Shown piece after piece: positions 34,158 to 43,944 of a stretch of DNA of 64,000 nucleotides. The stretch's first letter is position 1; each line of letters begins with the position of its first letter. The DNA comes from a virus: the IMG/VR virus record IMGVR_UViG_3300045051_000531; one strand, 5' to 3'. The position numbers were made by a program, and so were the translations under genes. The notes under the pieces were generated by a model that saw nothing but the letters and a program-made list of their open reading frames with translations, did no database searches and had not been told where the DNA came from.

Positions 34158-34774
34158 TCGTATCTGTCTCAGGGAGGCTGACGAACGTCTATCGCATAGG
34201 TCAGGACGTCCGCGTCATCATAGAGATCCCCGCTGGGGTCAGTTTCGAGATCGTCACGGTGACCAAGCCGAAGCAGGAAGTCGGTGATCCGAGCGTGTTC
34301 ATGCACACCTGGCAGGTGTTCCGTGAGGACTACCAGGTCCTGTTTGGGTTCGACAGCCTCGATGAACGGCTTCTGGCGGAAGCTGTGGCGGAGACTGATG
34401 GTATCGGACCGCGGAGCGCTGCCCGGATCGTCCGGGTTTGCGGAGGCCCCAACATCGCTACGGCGTTCCGGGCCCAGAAGACTGATGTCCTCAGGGAGCT
34501 GCTTCGTGGATCCGGGATCGGCCTGAAGACGCTCGCCAGCCTGATCCTGAACAACAAGGTCGGCGATCTCATCGATCGTTTCGATGGCGGCGACGTGCCA
34601 CCGCTGTCGGCCACCATGGCGGTACGGGCACAGGCGGCTCTGGCCGAGCTCGGCATCGAGAGCCGCGAGGTCGACAATCTGATAGCGGAGACCATCAAGG
34701 CGGTTCCCGATATCACGATTGAAAAACTGGTTGGACAGACCCTCAATCTGGTTCGCGGTCTGGAGAAGAAGTAG
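34154..34774 (+). CDS. ruvA: Holliday junction DNA-binding protein RuvA
   Basis: MIVSVSGRL, REDYQVLFGF, HhH motifs DGIGPRSA and GIGLKT, C-terminal ALAELG. Confidence 0.85.
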   Translation: MIVSVSGRLTNVYRIGQDVRVIIEIPAGVSFEIVTVTKPKQEVGDPSVFMHTWQVFREDYQVLFGFDSLDERLLAEAVAETDGIGPRSAARIVRVCGGPNIATAFRAQKTDVLRELLRGSGIGLKTLASLILNNKVGDLIDRFDGGDVPPLSATMAVRAQAALAELGIESREVDNLIAETIKAVPDITIEKLVGQTLNLVRGLEKK

Positions 34775-35154
34775 TGCACGTCATCGTGACATCGAACAAG
34801 ACGCATCGTGTTCTCGGGCTCAAGGCGAACCTGAGCGCTGCACTGGCGGTCACCGTCGGCAACGCGTTCACGGAATCCTTCGATCCCGAGGCGCCGCTGC
34901 ATGATCTCCTCAGGTCGATGTTCGGGGAGCACAAGTACCGGTGGTTCTGTGTCGATCAGTCCGACGTGGTCTACGCGATCACGTTCTCTGACGCCGCGAA
35001 TCCGCGGGTACTGGAGTACCAGGGTGCCCCGGCATCGATCAGTGCCCCGGATCGGGCCACGCTGGAGATCAGGATGCAGGACATCGACATGATCAGGCCT
35101 GGCCGGGTGAACGTGAAAAGCGCACACTACATCCAGGATGTTTCGCGTTCGTAG
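34774..35154 (+). CDS. hypothetical protein
   Basis: ORF track, adjacent to ruvA. Confidence 0.5.
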   Translation: MHVIVTSNKTHRVLGLKANLSAALAVTVGNAFTESFDPEAPLHDLLRSMFGEHKYRWFCVDQSDVVYAITFSDAANPRVLEYQGAPASISAPDRATLEIRMQDIDMIRPGRVNVKSAHYIQDVSRS

Positions 35155-35206
35155 AGGCTCTTGCGATATCAGGCACCACCGCTAACCTCCGGACCAGGGG
35201 ACCTAC

Positions 35207-36418
35207 ATGGCTGACGACATCAACGAACGCTACGCGCAGAAGCTGAAGTCCAACTCGGATAAGGCTTTCGCGCAGCTCGAAAAGCTCGGTGGTTCCGCCG
35301 GTCAGGCCGCAGCCGCGGCTCACACCCAGCTGCTGAACTGGCTGATCCAGATGGACCGGGTCACCAGGAACCCCGCCGAGCTCGCCGATGACGCCCTGGC
35401 CAATACGGCCTGCAATGTCTTCGAGAAGGTCGTCACGAAGCAGTCCAAGGGTGCCGATGATAAATGGGCCAAGCTGAACGAGGCCTTCTCGGCGCTCGGG
35501 GACGAGGACCAGCTCAACCTGATGCGGTACATCTTCGCCGCGGTCTTCGGTCACCAGGCCGTCGCAGCGGCCCTGCTGAGCCGGAGCTCCGGGAACTTCC
35601 TCTGGGAGAACACCGCGTTCCACATCGACGGCGACCTCCGCGTCGCCTTCGCCAAGGTGGGTCGCGAGCTCTACCAGGCCATCGGCTTCGACGACGGCAT
35701 GCACTACATCGGGACCGATGGGTCCAAGACGCTGTGGACCCGGGACTGGGCCATGGCGGTTCTGCTGCCGTGGGCGCCTCCGTTCACGGTCACCAAGCAG
35801 GAGGTCGAGGAGCTCGCCGAGGGTCCCAAGCTGCCGGATCACCTCACCGAGGCCGAGATCCCCAAGATTGCTGGCGCCATCGCCAACATGGAGGAAGAGC
35901 TCGCCAAGTACAACAAGGCGTCGGCTGAGGCTAAGAAGAATGCCGAGGCTGATCTTCGCGACACCATCAAGCTGGTCCGGATCCAGGTTGTCCGGTTGGA
36001 CAAGCACTGCGAAGCCTGGGTCGACAAGAACCCCGAGTACGGCCTGAACTTCGAGGCGCTCGAAGTCACCCAGCTCGCCATCACCATCCTGGAGTACCTC
36101 AGGATGCTGTTGGACAACGACAAGATGCATCGACAGATCCAGGCTACCGTGCTCTGCGTCGGGACCCCCAAGGAGGAGCGCGCCAAGCTGTTGGACACCC
36201 TGTTGAGTGGCATCGCGCAGCAGCTCCCGCTTGAGGGTGCCACGGTCGACGGGGACGCCATGAACCGACGTCTCGACGAAGCCGCGCAGGCGATTCCCGA
36301 AGCTCGCGATCTCCTGATCCAGTTGAAGACGCAGAACCCGGAGTGTTCTGTGCTCCAGGCAGCCAAGGAACTGATGATCTGGCTGCAGCAGGAGCGGACC
36401 AAGTTAGACGCCAAGTAG
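35207..36418 (+). CDS. hypothetical helical protein
   Basis: 403-aa ORF with biased codon usage; possible promoter TTGCGA-16-TAACCT at 35161-35188. Confidence 0.7.
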   Translation: MADDINERYAQKLKSNSDKAFAQLEKLGGSAGQAAAAAHTQLLNWLIQMDRVTRNPAELADDALANTACNVFEKVVTKQSKGADDKWAKLNEAFSALGDEDQLNLMRYIFAAVFGHQAVAAALLSRSSGNFLWENTAFHIDGDLRVAFAKVGRELYQAIGFDDGMHYIGTDGSKTLWTRDWAMAVLLPWAPPFTVTKQEVEELAEGPKLPDHLTEAEIPKIAGAIANMEEELAKYNKASAEAKKNAEADLRDTIKLVRIQVVRLDKHCEAWVDKNPEYGLNFEALEVTQLAITILEYLRMLLDNDKMHRQIQATVLCVGTPKEERAKLLDTLLSGIAQQLPLEGATVDGDAMNRRLDEAAQAIPEARDLLIQLKTQNPECSVLQAAKELMIWLQQERTKLDAK

Positions 36419-36441
36419 ATCGCCTGATTCATCTCTCACCG

Positions 36442-36474
36442 AGCCGCTGGTACCACCAGCGGCTTTTTCTTTTC
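36442..36474 (+). terminator. Rho-independent terminator
   Basis: agccgctggt-acc-accagcggct 10-bp stem followed by a T-rich tract. Confidence 0.75.
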
Positions 36475-36483
36475 AAGGAACCC

Positions 36484-36930
36484 ATGGTCGAACAACCCAA
36501 AATCGCCTCCCGGCTGGTCGAAGCTGCCAGAACAACGATTCTGACCGGCTCAACCTTCGAGCTCATCGTCGATGTCATCGCGACGGATAAGCAGGGGGTC
36601 CTCGTCAACATGGACGCCTACACGCTGGCCGAGTTGAAGCGTGCCCAGGAAGCCACGACGACGTACAACAAGGTGACTCCGACGCCGCTGCTCTCCGTTC
36701 GTGGACTGACTCCCGATCAGATCGGGGAGTTCATCCAGCTCATAACCGACGGCGCCATCACGTTGCGCAACGTCATGGCCAACTTCGATTTCGCCGAGCT
36801 CGACGACGTCGCCAAGGACGCTAAGGAAGAGGAGGCCAAGGAGAAGCCGGCGGCTACCGAGACCAGCCCGGCTAGCGGCCCGGTCGTTAGTTCGTCATCG
36901 TCGGTCTCATGCGACGCGGTGGAGCCTTGA
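36484..36930 (+). CDS. hypothetical protein
   Basis: ATG after AAGGA. Confidence 0.6.
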   Translation: MVEQPKIASRLVEAARTTILTGSTFELIVDVIATDKQGVLVNMDAYTLAELKRAQEATTTYNKVTPTPLLSVRGLTPDQIGEFIQLITDGAITLRNVMANFDFAELDDVAKDAKEEEAKEKPAATETSPASGPVVSSSSSVSCDAVEP

Positions 36931-37289
36931 TCGAGTCGATCCCAGTGCAGGAGCGGATCCGGCATGACGCCGAGGACCTCCTACGTACCGGGCGTTTCCT
37001 GTACCTGGAGAACGGCGTCAAGTTCCCGCCGCGGACCAAGTACGGCAACCTGGTCGATGTTCTCGCCGATCGACACGGGCTCACCGTGATGCGGATCCGG
37101 AGGTACCTCTTCGCGGCGCGTTTCTCGCCGCTGGAGGCTCTGCAGTGGTACCGAGCGGTCTGCGGGGCCCAGGCTGTGATACCTGTGCTCTTGGAGCCCA
37201 GGGCGCCTGCGAGAAGGGCTGGACCACGCCACATCACGGAGACACTGCGGGAGATCACCCGTGGCGCCTTCGGGGTCCACGCGCATTAA
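36909..37289 (+). CDS. hypothetical protein
   Basis: ORF track. Confidence 0.5.
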   Translation: MRRGGALIESIPVQERIRHDAEDLLRTGRFLYLENGVKFPPRTKYGNLVDVLADRHGLTVMRIRRYLFAARFSPLEALQWYRAVCGAQAVIPVLLEPRAPARRAGPRHITETLREITRGAFGVHAH

Positions 37290-37307
37290 GTTCTTGCTGC
37301 GGTCAAC

Positions 37308-38099
37308 TTGTGCATAATATGTACAAGCGTGGGGCACATAAAAGATCGCACGGGACTTTGCATTGGTGGGGCAACCGTTATTGGTCTGGCTTCGAAACAG
37401 CCTGGGGACGCACACGCTTACTGGCGATTACGGTGCATATGTGGGCGTGAGTTTACAAGGTCTTCAACCATGCTTGGCGCAGTCAGGGCAGCCCGACGGC
37501 CCATTACGTGTGGCTGTATCCGGGACAAGGTAGCTAAGCAGCTTTCAGCGATGCGGACTATCGATCTTACCGGGTTACGCTTTGGCAGACTGACCGTGGT
37601 AGGCCAGGTTGAACGCCCGGCGCATGTGACCGGTAAAAATCGGGCGGCCTGGTGGAGGTGTGTCTGCGATTGCGGCCGGAGTCATGTAGTCACAGCTACC
37701 TCTATGAAGTGTGGTGCTACGCGTAGCTGTGGTTGTCTCAGGATGGAGCAGCTTAAACAGCGCGGCAGCTTAATTCCGGTTAGACGGTACTTGAATACAT
37801 ACGTTCGAGCTGCATTGGGGCGTGGACTGGCCTGGGAACTGTCTGTCGAGCAGTTCGAAGCCCTGATAAAGCGTCCATGCACCTACTGTGGTGAGCCGCC
37901 GAGTAAGCCGATTAAAGCGCGAGCGCATGTCGAGTTGTTCAATGGGATCGACAGGCGGGATAACAGTCGCGGCTACACACCCGATAACGTAGGCGCCTGC
38001 TGTGAACAGTGTAACAAGGCGAAACGCAGGATGTCAGCGAAAGAGTTCTTAGCCTGGGTAACCAAAGTCTATAACTTCAATAGGACAAACGATTTATGA
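37308..38099 (+). mobile_element. free-standing HNH homing endonuclease with two DxTGxxxGxxTV...CxCG...CGC repeats
   Basis: Repeats DRTGLCIGGATV...RCICG...TCGC and DLTGLRFGRLTV...RCVCDCG...SCGC; HNH domain CTYCG...IDRRDNSRGYTPDNVGACCEQCNKAK; visibly more AT-rich than the flanks. Confidence 0.8.
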
Positions 38100-38407
38100 G
38101 GAAAGCCTGCGCGTCATGCGCCAGGAAACATCTCGCTCAGGCCTGCGTGCTCGCCATGGAGGCCAGGAAGGGATACCCGGTGCACGCCTGGTACGCCATC
38201 GGGCATCTCGCCGAGGCCGAGGACGAAATCCTGGAGCTCGACGAAGCCATCGCGGCCCGGATCCGGGAACACCGCGTGCTCTACATGCAGTACATCACTG
38301 AGGGCGGTCCTCGGTACGACATCCCGTACGAAGAGCTCATCCTTGGGCTCGGTAAATACGACAACGATATCGGCGAAACGCTGATCGAACCAACGAGGCA
38401 ACCATGA
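38096..38407 (+). CDS. hypothetical protein
   Basis: ATGA overlaps on both sides. Confidence 0.6.
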   Translation: MRKACASCARKHLAQACVLAMEARKGYPVHAWYAIGHLAEAEDEILELDEAIAARIREHRVLYMQYITEGGPRYDIPYEELILGLGKYDNDIGETLIEPTRQP

Positions 38408-39108
38408 CCGTAGTTATCTTGGACACCGAGACCGGCGGGTTCTCGCCGGCTCGGAACCCCCTGCTGTCCGTGGGGCTCCTCTTCGGGAAGCCTGGCGAAG
38501 TGCTTGAGGTCTGCAGCATCAAGATCAAGCCGCCTGAGGACACCTGGCTCGAGATCCCGATCCCCGAGGATCAGCTCAAGGGGAAGAACTCCAAGGTCAT
38601 CGAGAAGTGGCTCAACCTGACCACGGGGACCCTGCAGACCCCGACGGAGACCAAACCAGACCTCCTGATCACGGCTGTTGCCGCTGAGGTCAACGGCTTC
38701 GTAGGTGCCAGTGAGACCACACCTGGCTGGGACCTCGCACCGGCGCGGGCCTGGGGTCAGATGTCCTACAAGGACGCCTCAGCCGAGCTCCGCAAGCAGC
38801 TCGAGAAGTGGGCCCCGCTGCAGGCCACGATCGCGCATAACGCCACGTTCGATCGAGACTTCGTGGCAACCTGGATGCCTGAGCTCACGGATGTCCTCCC
38901 GAAGCCGTGGCTGTGCACGCAGCGGACCTACAAGGCCAGGTTCCTGGGCGGCCAACAGAAGGGGTCCAGCGTCGGAGCGATCTGCAAGGTTTCCGGGTAC
39001 ACCGGAAACACCGGAGATCTCCATACCGCTCTGGGTGACATCCGGGCCACTCATCACATCTGGAGCTGGTTGCTCAAGCAGGGCGACGGAACGATCGTCG
39101 CGATATAA
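38404..39108 (+). CDS. DEDDh 3'-5' exonuclease (DnaQ-like)
   Basis: VILDTETGG, AHNATFD, HTALGD. Confidence 0.85.
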   Translation: MTVVILDTETGGFSPARNPLLSVGLLFGKPGEVLEVCSIKIKPPEDTWLEIPIPEDQLKGKNSKVIEKWLNLTTGTLQTPTETKPDLLITAVAAEVNGFVGASETTPGWDLAPARAWGQMSYKDASAELRKQLEKWAPLQATIAHNATFDRDFVATWMPELTDVLPKPWLCTQRTYKARFLGGQQKGSSVGAICKVSGYTGNTGDLHTALGDIRATHHIWSWLLKQGDGTIVAI

Positions 39109-39114
39109 TCAGAG

Positions 39115-39186
39115 TTCAAGCGGGCCCGGAGTCCATTCCGAGTCTTCCGGGCCCGACTTGAAACCCCATACGAACTGCGTTAGGCT
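39115..39186 (+). promoter_or_regulatory. long hairpin overlapping a sigma70-like promoter
   Basis: Imperfect stem ttcaagcgggcccgga...ttccgggcccgacttgaa (39115-39162); TTGAAA-17-TAGGCT at 39158-39186. Confidence 0.5.
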
Positions 39187-39205
39187 GAACAGCCGAGGAG
39201 GCCAC

Positions 39206-39427
39206 GTGGCAGTTATTCCGGGGCGCGCCCCACAACACGATCCAGAAGATATCATCGGTAGAATGAACGATCTCTGCGAGCTCTCCGGGGAGGATTCCAA
39301 GCTCTCCGATTGGGAGATCGATTTCGTTGACAGCGTTGCCAAGCAGATCGAACAGGGGCGCACGCTGTCGGCGGCTCAGCAGAACAAGGTGCTAGATCTG
39401 CACCGCAAGCACTGCGGCGGTGGCTGA
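39206..39427 (+). CDS. small hypothetical protein
   Basis: GTG after GAGGAGG; motif LSDWEIDFVDSV...LSAAQ. Confidence 0.6.
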   Translation: MAVIPGRAPQHDPEDIIGRMNDLCELSGEDSKLSDWEIDFVDSVAKQIEQGRTLSAAQQNKVLDLHRKHCGGG

Positions 39428-39906
39428 TGTGGATCCTCGCCATTGACGTGCGCGACGGGCAACGCCTCGCGTTCCCGCAGCTCACCACTGCGATCAGCTT
39501 CGATGTCGCCAAGCACAAGAGCTGGCTGGAGGCCGAGACCAAGCGTCTCGAGTTCACCAAGGACGCCGCGCTCGCCAAGCATCGCGCCGAGATCGTGCTG
39601 GGTACTGTGACCGGGCGTGAGAACAGCATCGAGCGTCGCGAATACGAGGAACGCATCGAGGCCATCATGGCGTCCGCGATGGACCAGGCCGACGAGCAGT
39701 TCAAGGCGTTCAAGCGTCGCGCCGCCAAGGAGTCCTCGCTGGAGGCCTTGCTCTACTTCAACGGCGCCGCCTATCCGGTGCGTGCAGTTCGTCTGGTGAC
39801 GTCATGGGACGACGTCGCTCATTTCACAGGACGTGAGCCGGAGCGGTTCTCGACCGATGACAAAGACATGCCCAAGTTCGACGATAAACCCAAGCCAGGA
39901 GGCTGA
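39427..39906 (+). CDS. hypothetical coiled-coil protein
   Basis: TGATG coupling. Confidence 0.6.
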   Translation: MWILAIDVRDGQRLAFPQLTTAISFDVAKHKSWLEAETKRLEFTKDAALAKHRAEIVLGTVTGRENSIERREYEERIEAIMASAMDQADEQFKAFKRRAAKESSLEALLYFNGAAYPVRAVRLVTSWDDVAHFTGREPERFSTDDKDMPKFDDKPKPGG

Positions 39907-39907
39907 C

Positions 39908-40171
39908 ATGGCCGTGCTCATCACTGCGGACGGAAACATCACCGACGTCGCGCTGTCGCCAGAGGCGAGTATGGATGAGCTCATCAAGCTTGTCGGCGGG
40001 GTACCGTACGTGGACTACGAGCACAAGACACCGTACAGCACCGTGCTGATATCGACTGATCAGGACGGTCCGTTGAATCAGCGGGCTACCGAGTTGTTCA
40101 AGGCGCCCGTGTATGGGTCCGTGCTGCTCGTCGGTGATGACCACGGGTTCGGGCCGCTGGAGTGGCGGTAG
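39908..40171 (+). CDS. DUF3846-like protein
   Basis: VLITADG...ELIKLVGG...LNQRATELF..PVYGSVLL. Confidence 0.55.
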   Translation: MAVLITADGNITDVALSPEASMDELIKLVGGVPYVDYEHKTPYSTVLISTDQDGPLNQRATELFKAPVYGSVLLVGDDHGFGPLEWR

Positions 40172-40364
40172 CGTCACGGTTCTGGCCACGTACAATGCAG
40201 GCGCCGAGGAGGTTCGTCATGGCGCACTGCAGGACGTTCGGTTCCGGGGTCTCGGCATAGTGGACGGCCCGGACCGGTCCCTAAACCTGTAGCCCGCAGG
40301 TAATCCTGTAGAGAGGCACGAGAGCCGCACCACGAGGTGCGGCTTCTCCGTCTAGAAAGGAACG

Positions 40365-40727
40365 ATGCCTTACACAGATCGGATCCAGGAGTTGCAAGGT
40401 GAGGTCGGCACCCGGGCTTCCAAGCTGCTCGCGATGTACCGCGAGCTCGGGGATACCGGTGGGACCTTTAGCGTTCAGGACGTCACCGTTACGGTCTCGC
40501 CACGACAGGGGGACCAGCTCGATAGCCGCGATGTCGACGAGCTCCTGGACACCATCAGCCGTGATGCTGATGTCCTAGTCCAGCGAGGTGAGAACTCCAT
40601 GGAGCTCTTGCTCGGGGTTCTGCTGTTACGGGCTCCAGGCGCTGTCCTAGCGCAGATCGCGGAAGACTTCAGGGACGCCGTTGTCGGCGAATCTGAAGGC
40701 CAGTCTCATATCAATTTACAGCAGTAG
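40365..40727 (+). CDS. hypothetical protein
   Basis: RBS AGAAAGGA, preceded by a 9-10 bp hairpin at 40322-40345. Confidence 0.6.
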   Translation: MPYTDRIQELQGEVGTRASKLLAMYRELGDTGGTFSVQDVTVTVSPRQGDQLDSRDVDELLDTISRDADVLVQRGENSMELLLGVLLLRAPGAVLAQIAEDFRDAVVGESEGQSHINLQQ

Positions 40728-40737
40728 GAGGCCAAGC

Positions 40738-41610
40738 ATGGCACTGCAGCCGTGCCCGGCTTATTATGCCGGGCCTGAGAAGTTCATTCGTAACTGGGCC
40801 AGGTTCACCAGAGGGCTCCCGGTCGAGATGCCGGTGGCCAACGAGTTCCCGACGTTCGATGCTTCACTTGTTCAGGCCAGAGATATCTGCAGCAAGTTCC
40901 TGAGTTTCGAGGGCCACGTCTTTCCGGCTGGGCTAACCGATGCGGCTGCTCGTCGGACATATCTGACCCGTGATTTCGATTCGAACGCGAACGCCTTGCG
41001 GATCGATCAGGCCAGGTTGGGTGAGTACGTCGATGCGTTGGACCGCTACATCATCGAAAACATCGGTCCAGCCCAGATCAATAAGTCGCTTCTCGAGGAT
41101 TTCTTCCTCGAAGGCGACCCGGCCAAGTTCATCGTCGAGGGAATCCATGTCTCGGTACCGCATCTCGAGCACTGCTTCCACTCGCTTGGCGGCATCAGCC
41201 GTGAATACCAGATCGACGGTCACCGGTTGCTCGGTCCGGTACCAGCCATACCGCGGTTCATCGTCGACATCAAACTGCTGAACGGGGTCAAACCCGGCGG
41301 TGGTTATGATGCCGAGCTCTGGGCGCCGTTCGCCATTGGGAACTGCGTCCCTGATACGGAGCCCGGGCGCTACAAGCTTCTGCTTGACTCGCCGTTGTGG
41401 CACATGTTCAGAACGGCCTGGAAGATGTCGAGGTTCCCGAACGCCAGCGCTAGGGCGCTTGGCCCGCGTGGCATGCTCCCGTTGGCGCATGGTTTCACGG
41501 CCTGGCTGACCCGTCGGATGTCGTCCGCCAACTGGCGCACCCTGTTCAAGGGTCCGCTCATGAATGACATCGTTGAGAAAGGATACCAGCTTGGCAACTC
41601 TCTCTTCTAA
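40738..41610 (+). CDS. hypothetical protein, paralog 1 of tandem triplet
   Basis: N-terminal YAGPEKFIRNWARFTRGLPVEMP. Confidence 0.65.
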   Translation: MALQPCPAYYAGPEKFIRNWARFTRGLPVEMPVANEFPTFDASLVQARDICSKFLSFEGHVFPAGLTDAAARRTYLTRDFDSNANALRIDQARLGEYVDALDRYIIENIGPAQINKSLLEDFFLEGDPAKFIVEGIHVSVPHLEHCFHSLGGISREYQIDGHRLLGPVPAIPRFIVDIKLLNGVKPGGGYDAELWAPFAIGNCVPDTEPGRYKLLLDSPLWHMFRTAWKMSRFPNASARALGPRGMLPLAHGFTAWLTRRMSSANWRTLFKGPLMNDIVEKGYQLGNSLF

Positions 41611-42367
41611 ACCGCCAAGCCCGAGTCACTACACGGATCCGGCTCAGTTCGTGAGGAACTGGGCCCGGTTCTCGCGTGGCCTTCCGGTCGAGATACCGGA
41701 GCGTCCGGGTTGCAGCCGGGTCCAGCATCTCCAGGCGTGGGATGAGGTCATGGTGAGGGTCTGGGCTCTGTGTCCAGAGTTACGGATCACTGACGACGCC
41801 GATCACACCCTCTCGACCGACGAGAGCATTCGGGCACTGGTGATCGTTGATGAGTTCTTACAAGCCACGGCCTCAGCCGAGATCATGAATAAAGAGATCG
41901 CGAGGTTAGCCGACTTCACTGACTTCCGTAAAGACGGGAAGGACCCGATCGTGGTGACCAGGGTAGCCTTGGCTCAGAACGAGGTCAGACTGGTTACCTT
42001 GGCAAGACCAGGGGCTCCGTTCAGGAAGGTCGCCGCGGTTCTGCCGCCGTTGTACGTGCATTACTCCTGTGATCAGTTGGACATCGAGGAGATCATCGGT
42101 GACGACTACGAGGAAGATAATGACGACATCAACAGCCGAAACGGCTGGGTCGGGACGCGTAATTCGACGCATATGGTAGACGTCAACCCTGGTCACACGA
42201 TGCACTGGCCGGATCACAACTTCTGCGATGTTCCGATCATGGATGAGACCCCCGATAGCGCCTCTCTGGCAACGACGTGGGCAGTCAGTTTACTCGATCA
42301 CGTGTACAGCGAGGACATCTGGACGAGGTACTTCGGTACCGAGTTCGGGAAGAAGTTCGAGGCATAA
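41591..42367 (+). CDS. hypothetical protein, paralog 2 of tandem triplet
   Basis: YTDPAQFVRNWARFSRGLPVEIP; TTG start after GAAAGGA. Confidence 0.6.
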   Translation: MATLSSKPPSPSHYTDPAQFVRNWARFSRGLPVEIPERPGCSRVQHLQAWDEVMVRVWALCPELRITDDADHTLSTDESIRALVIVDEFLQATASAEIMNKEIARLADFTDFRKDGKDPIVVTRVALAQNEVRLVTLARPGAPFRKVAAVLPPLYVHYSCDQLDIEEIIGDDYEEDNDDINSRNGWVGTRNSTHMVDVNPGHTMHWPDHNFCDVPIMDETPDSASLATTWAVSLLDHVYSEDIWTRYFGTEFGKKFEA

Positions 42368-42376
42368 GGAGACCAG

Positions 42377-43168
42377 ATGCCAGACATCCAAGTGAAGGCT
42401 CCGGTTGCTCACGACTACAAGGAGCCCGGGGAGTTCATCAATGCGTGGAGACGGTTCACGCTCGGTAAAGAGATCCCGCCGCCAACGGCGGATGCTGTCG
42501 TCAAGTTCCGCGACTTCGCCAAGTTGATCCACGACACCGCAGCCGCGTTCATGCATACCAGGACAGAGAACCAGTACCGGTACTTCTGGTCTCACTTCCC
42601 GGCTCGTGTGACGTTCGCCGAGCTCATGGATCCAGCGTACATCGAGCAGCGTAACGTCGGGCCTGCCACCATCGGTGAGTTCATATCCAATAAGCTTGAG
42701 GAGCACATTCGGGCGCAGGTTATGCCAGCTATGCACCGGCTGTGCAGGAAGGTTTGTTCGTTCAGGAAGTTGCACGTTCACCTCACTACACCTTTCGATT
42801 ACACGATCCAGCATAGCCCGGAGCTCTTCAGTCGTCTCGACTTCGGGGAGCCGTGTACGTTCGGGTTGATGTGCAAGCTCAGTTTCGAGTTCGTACCGCC
42901 TCGGTGTCAGAACCGACGCAGCATGACCATCGGGGCGCCACGGGATCTCGTAACCTGGGCGCGACAGTTCCCTGGTGGGGTCTACGAAGCCTTGGCATGG
43001 CTCGCCATCGATGCCAGCCGGTCCTACCACCAGGGCCGGCACAGAGGTAACCGGGAATACGACTACGTCGTCGGTTCCGATCCGCAGTTCTGGGTTCCAA
43101 ACGCAGGTAAGGTGGAAGCTCGCTTGCTTGCTCCACAGCTCCGTCCGTTCGTCCGTACGAATCCTTAG
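42377..43168 (+). CDS. hypothetical protein, paralog 3 of tandem triplet
   Basis: YKEPGEFINAWRRFTLGKEIP. Confidence 0.65.
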   Translation: MPDIQVKAPVAHDYKEPGEFINAWRRFTLGKEIPPPTADAVVKFRDFAKLIHDTAAAFMHTRTENQYRYFWSHFPARVTFAELMDPAYIEQRNVGPATIGEFISNKLEEHIRAQVMPAMHRLCRKVCSFRKLHVHLTTPFDYTIQHSPELFSRLDFGEPCTFGLMCKLSFEFVPPRCQNRRSMTIGAPRDLVTWARQFPGGVYEALAWLAIDASRSYHQGRHRGNREYDYVVGSDPQFWVPNAGKVEARLLAPQLRPFVRTNP

Positions 43169-43182
43169 AAGAGAAAGACACC

Positions 43183-43710
43183 ATGCCCGAAGATACCCCC
43201 ATCCACACCGTGACCGCGACGTCCACGTTCCAGGTCACCTCGAAGCTCCTCCGTCGCCTCGCCTCGAACGAGGAGGACATCCTGAAGGAGACCCTGGAGG
43301 GCGGCGGTCGTGACTGCTCGTCCGATCTGCTGATCTACGACATCACCAAGGGCGACTGGCGCGCCCCCGGCACCCTGATCGCCTGGAGCCCGAACGACGA
43401 GCGCACCGACGAGATCGAGACCGCGTTCCTGAACGCCGCCATCGTGTTCGCGAAGGCCTACGTCGCGAACAAGGATGACCCCGAGAAGAACGCCAAGCCG
43501 GTGGTCCAGGAGGGCTGGCTCTGGGTCGACGAGGGCGTCATCCTGGACTGGATCAAAGGCGTCGTGGTCGACCACGGTCTCCAGGCGTTCTGCAACGGGG
43601 CCCTGACGGACATGGCCGCCGACCCGGCTGTCGACGGCTGGCCGTTCGAGATCGATGACGAGCTCCTCTACGAGTCCTTCGTCCGCCACGTCATGAAGAA
43701 GGATGACTGA
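43183..43710 (+). CDS. acidic hypothetical protein
   Basis: ORF with biased codon usage. Confidence 0.6.
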   Translation: MPEDTPIHTVTATSTFQVTSKLLRRLASNEEDILKETLEGGGRDCSSDLLIYDITKGDWRAPGTLIAWSPNDERTDEIETAFLNAAIVFAKAYVANKDDPEKNAKPVVQEGWLWVDEGVILDWIKGVVVDHGLQAFCNGALTDMAADPAVDGWPFEIDDELLYESFVRHVMKKDD

Positions 43711-43944
43711 GGAAACCAGATGGCTCGGTGCACTAAGGCGTGGCGACCACGCCTTAGTGCACTACTGGCAACCTAACGCGATCCGCTGTTTCTGTGGGGT
43801 CGTCCGTAAGGACGACCCCCGGTTGCAGCGGCTCAGCGGAACCGATCTTGCCAGGATCCCATGGAGACCTTGCAGGAAGTGCGGGGTCCCGACGATCGAT
43901 GCGATAGCGAAGGTAATCCTACCAGCCCAACCACAGGAGGTATC

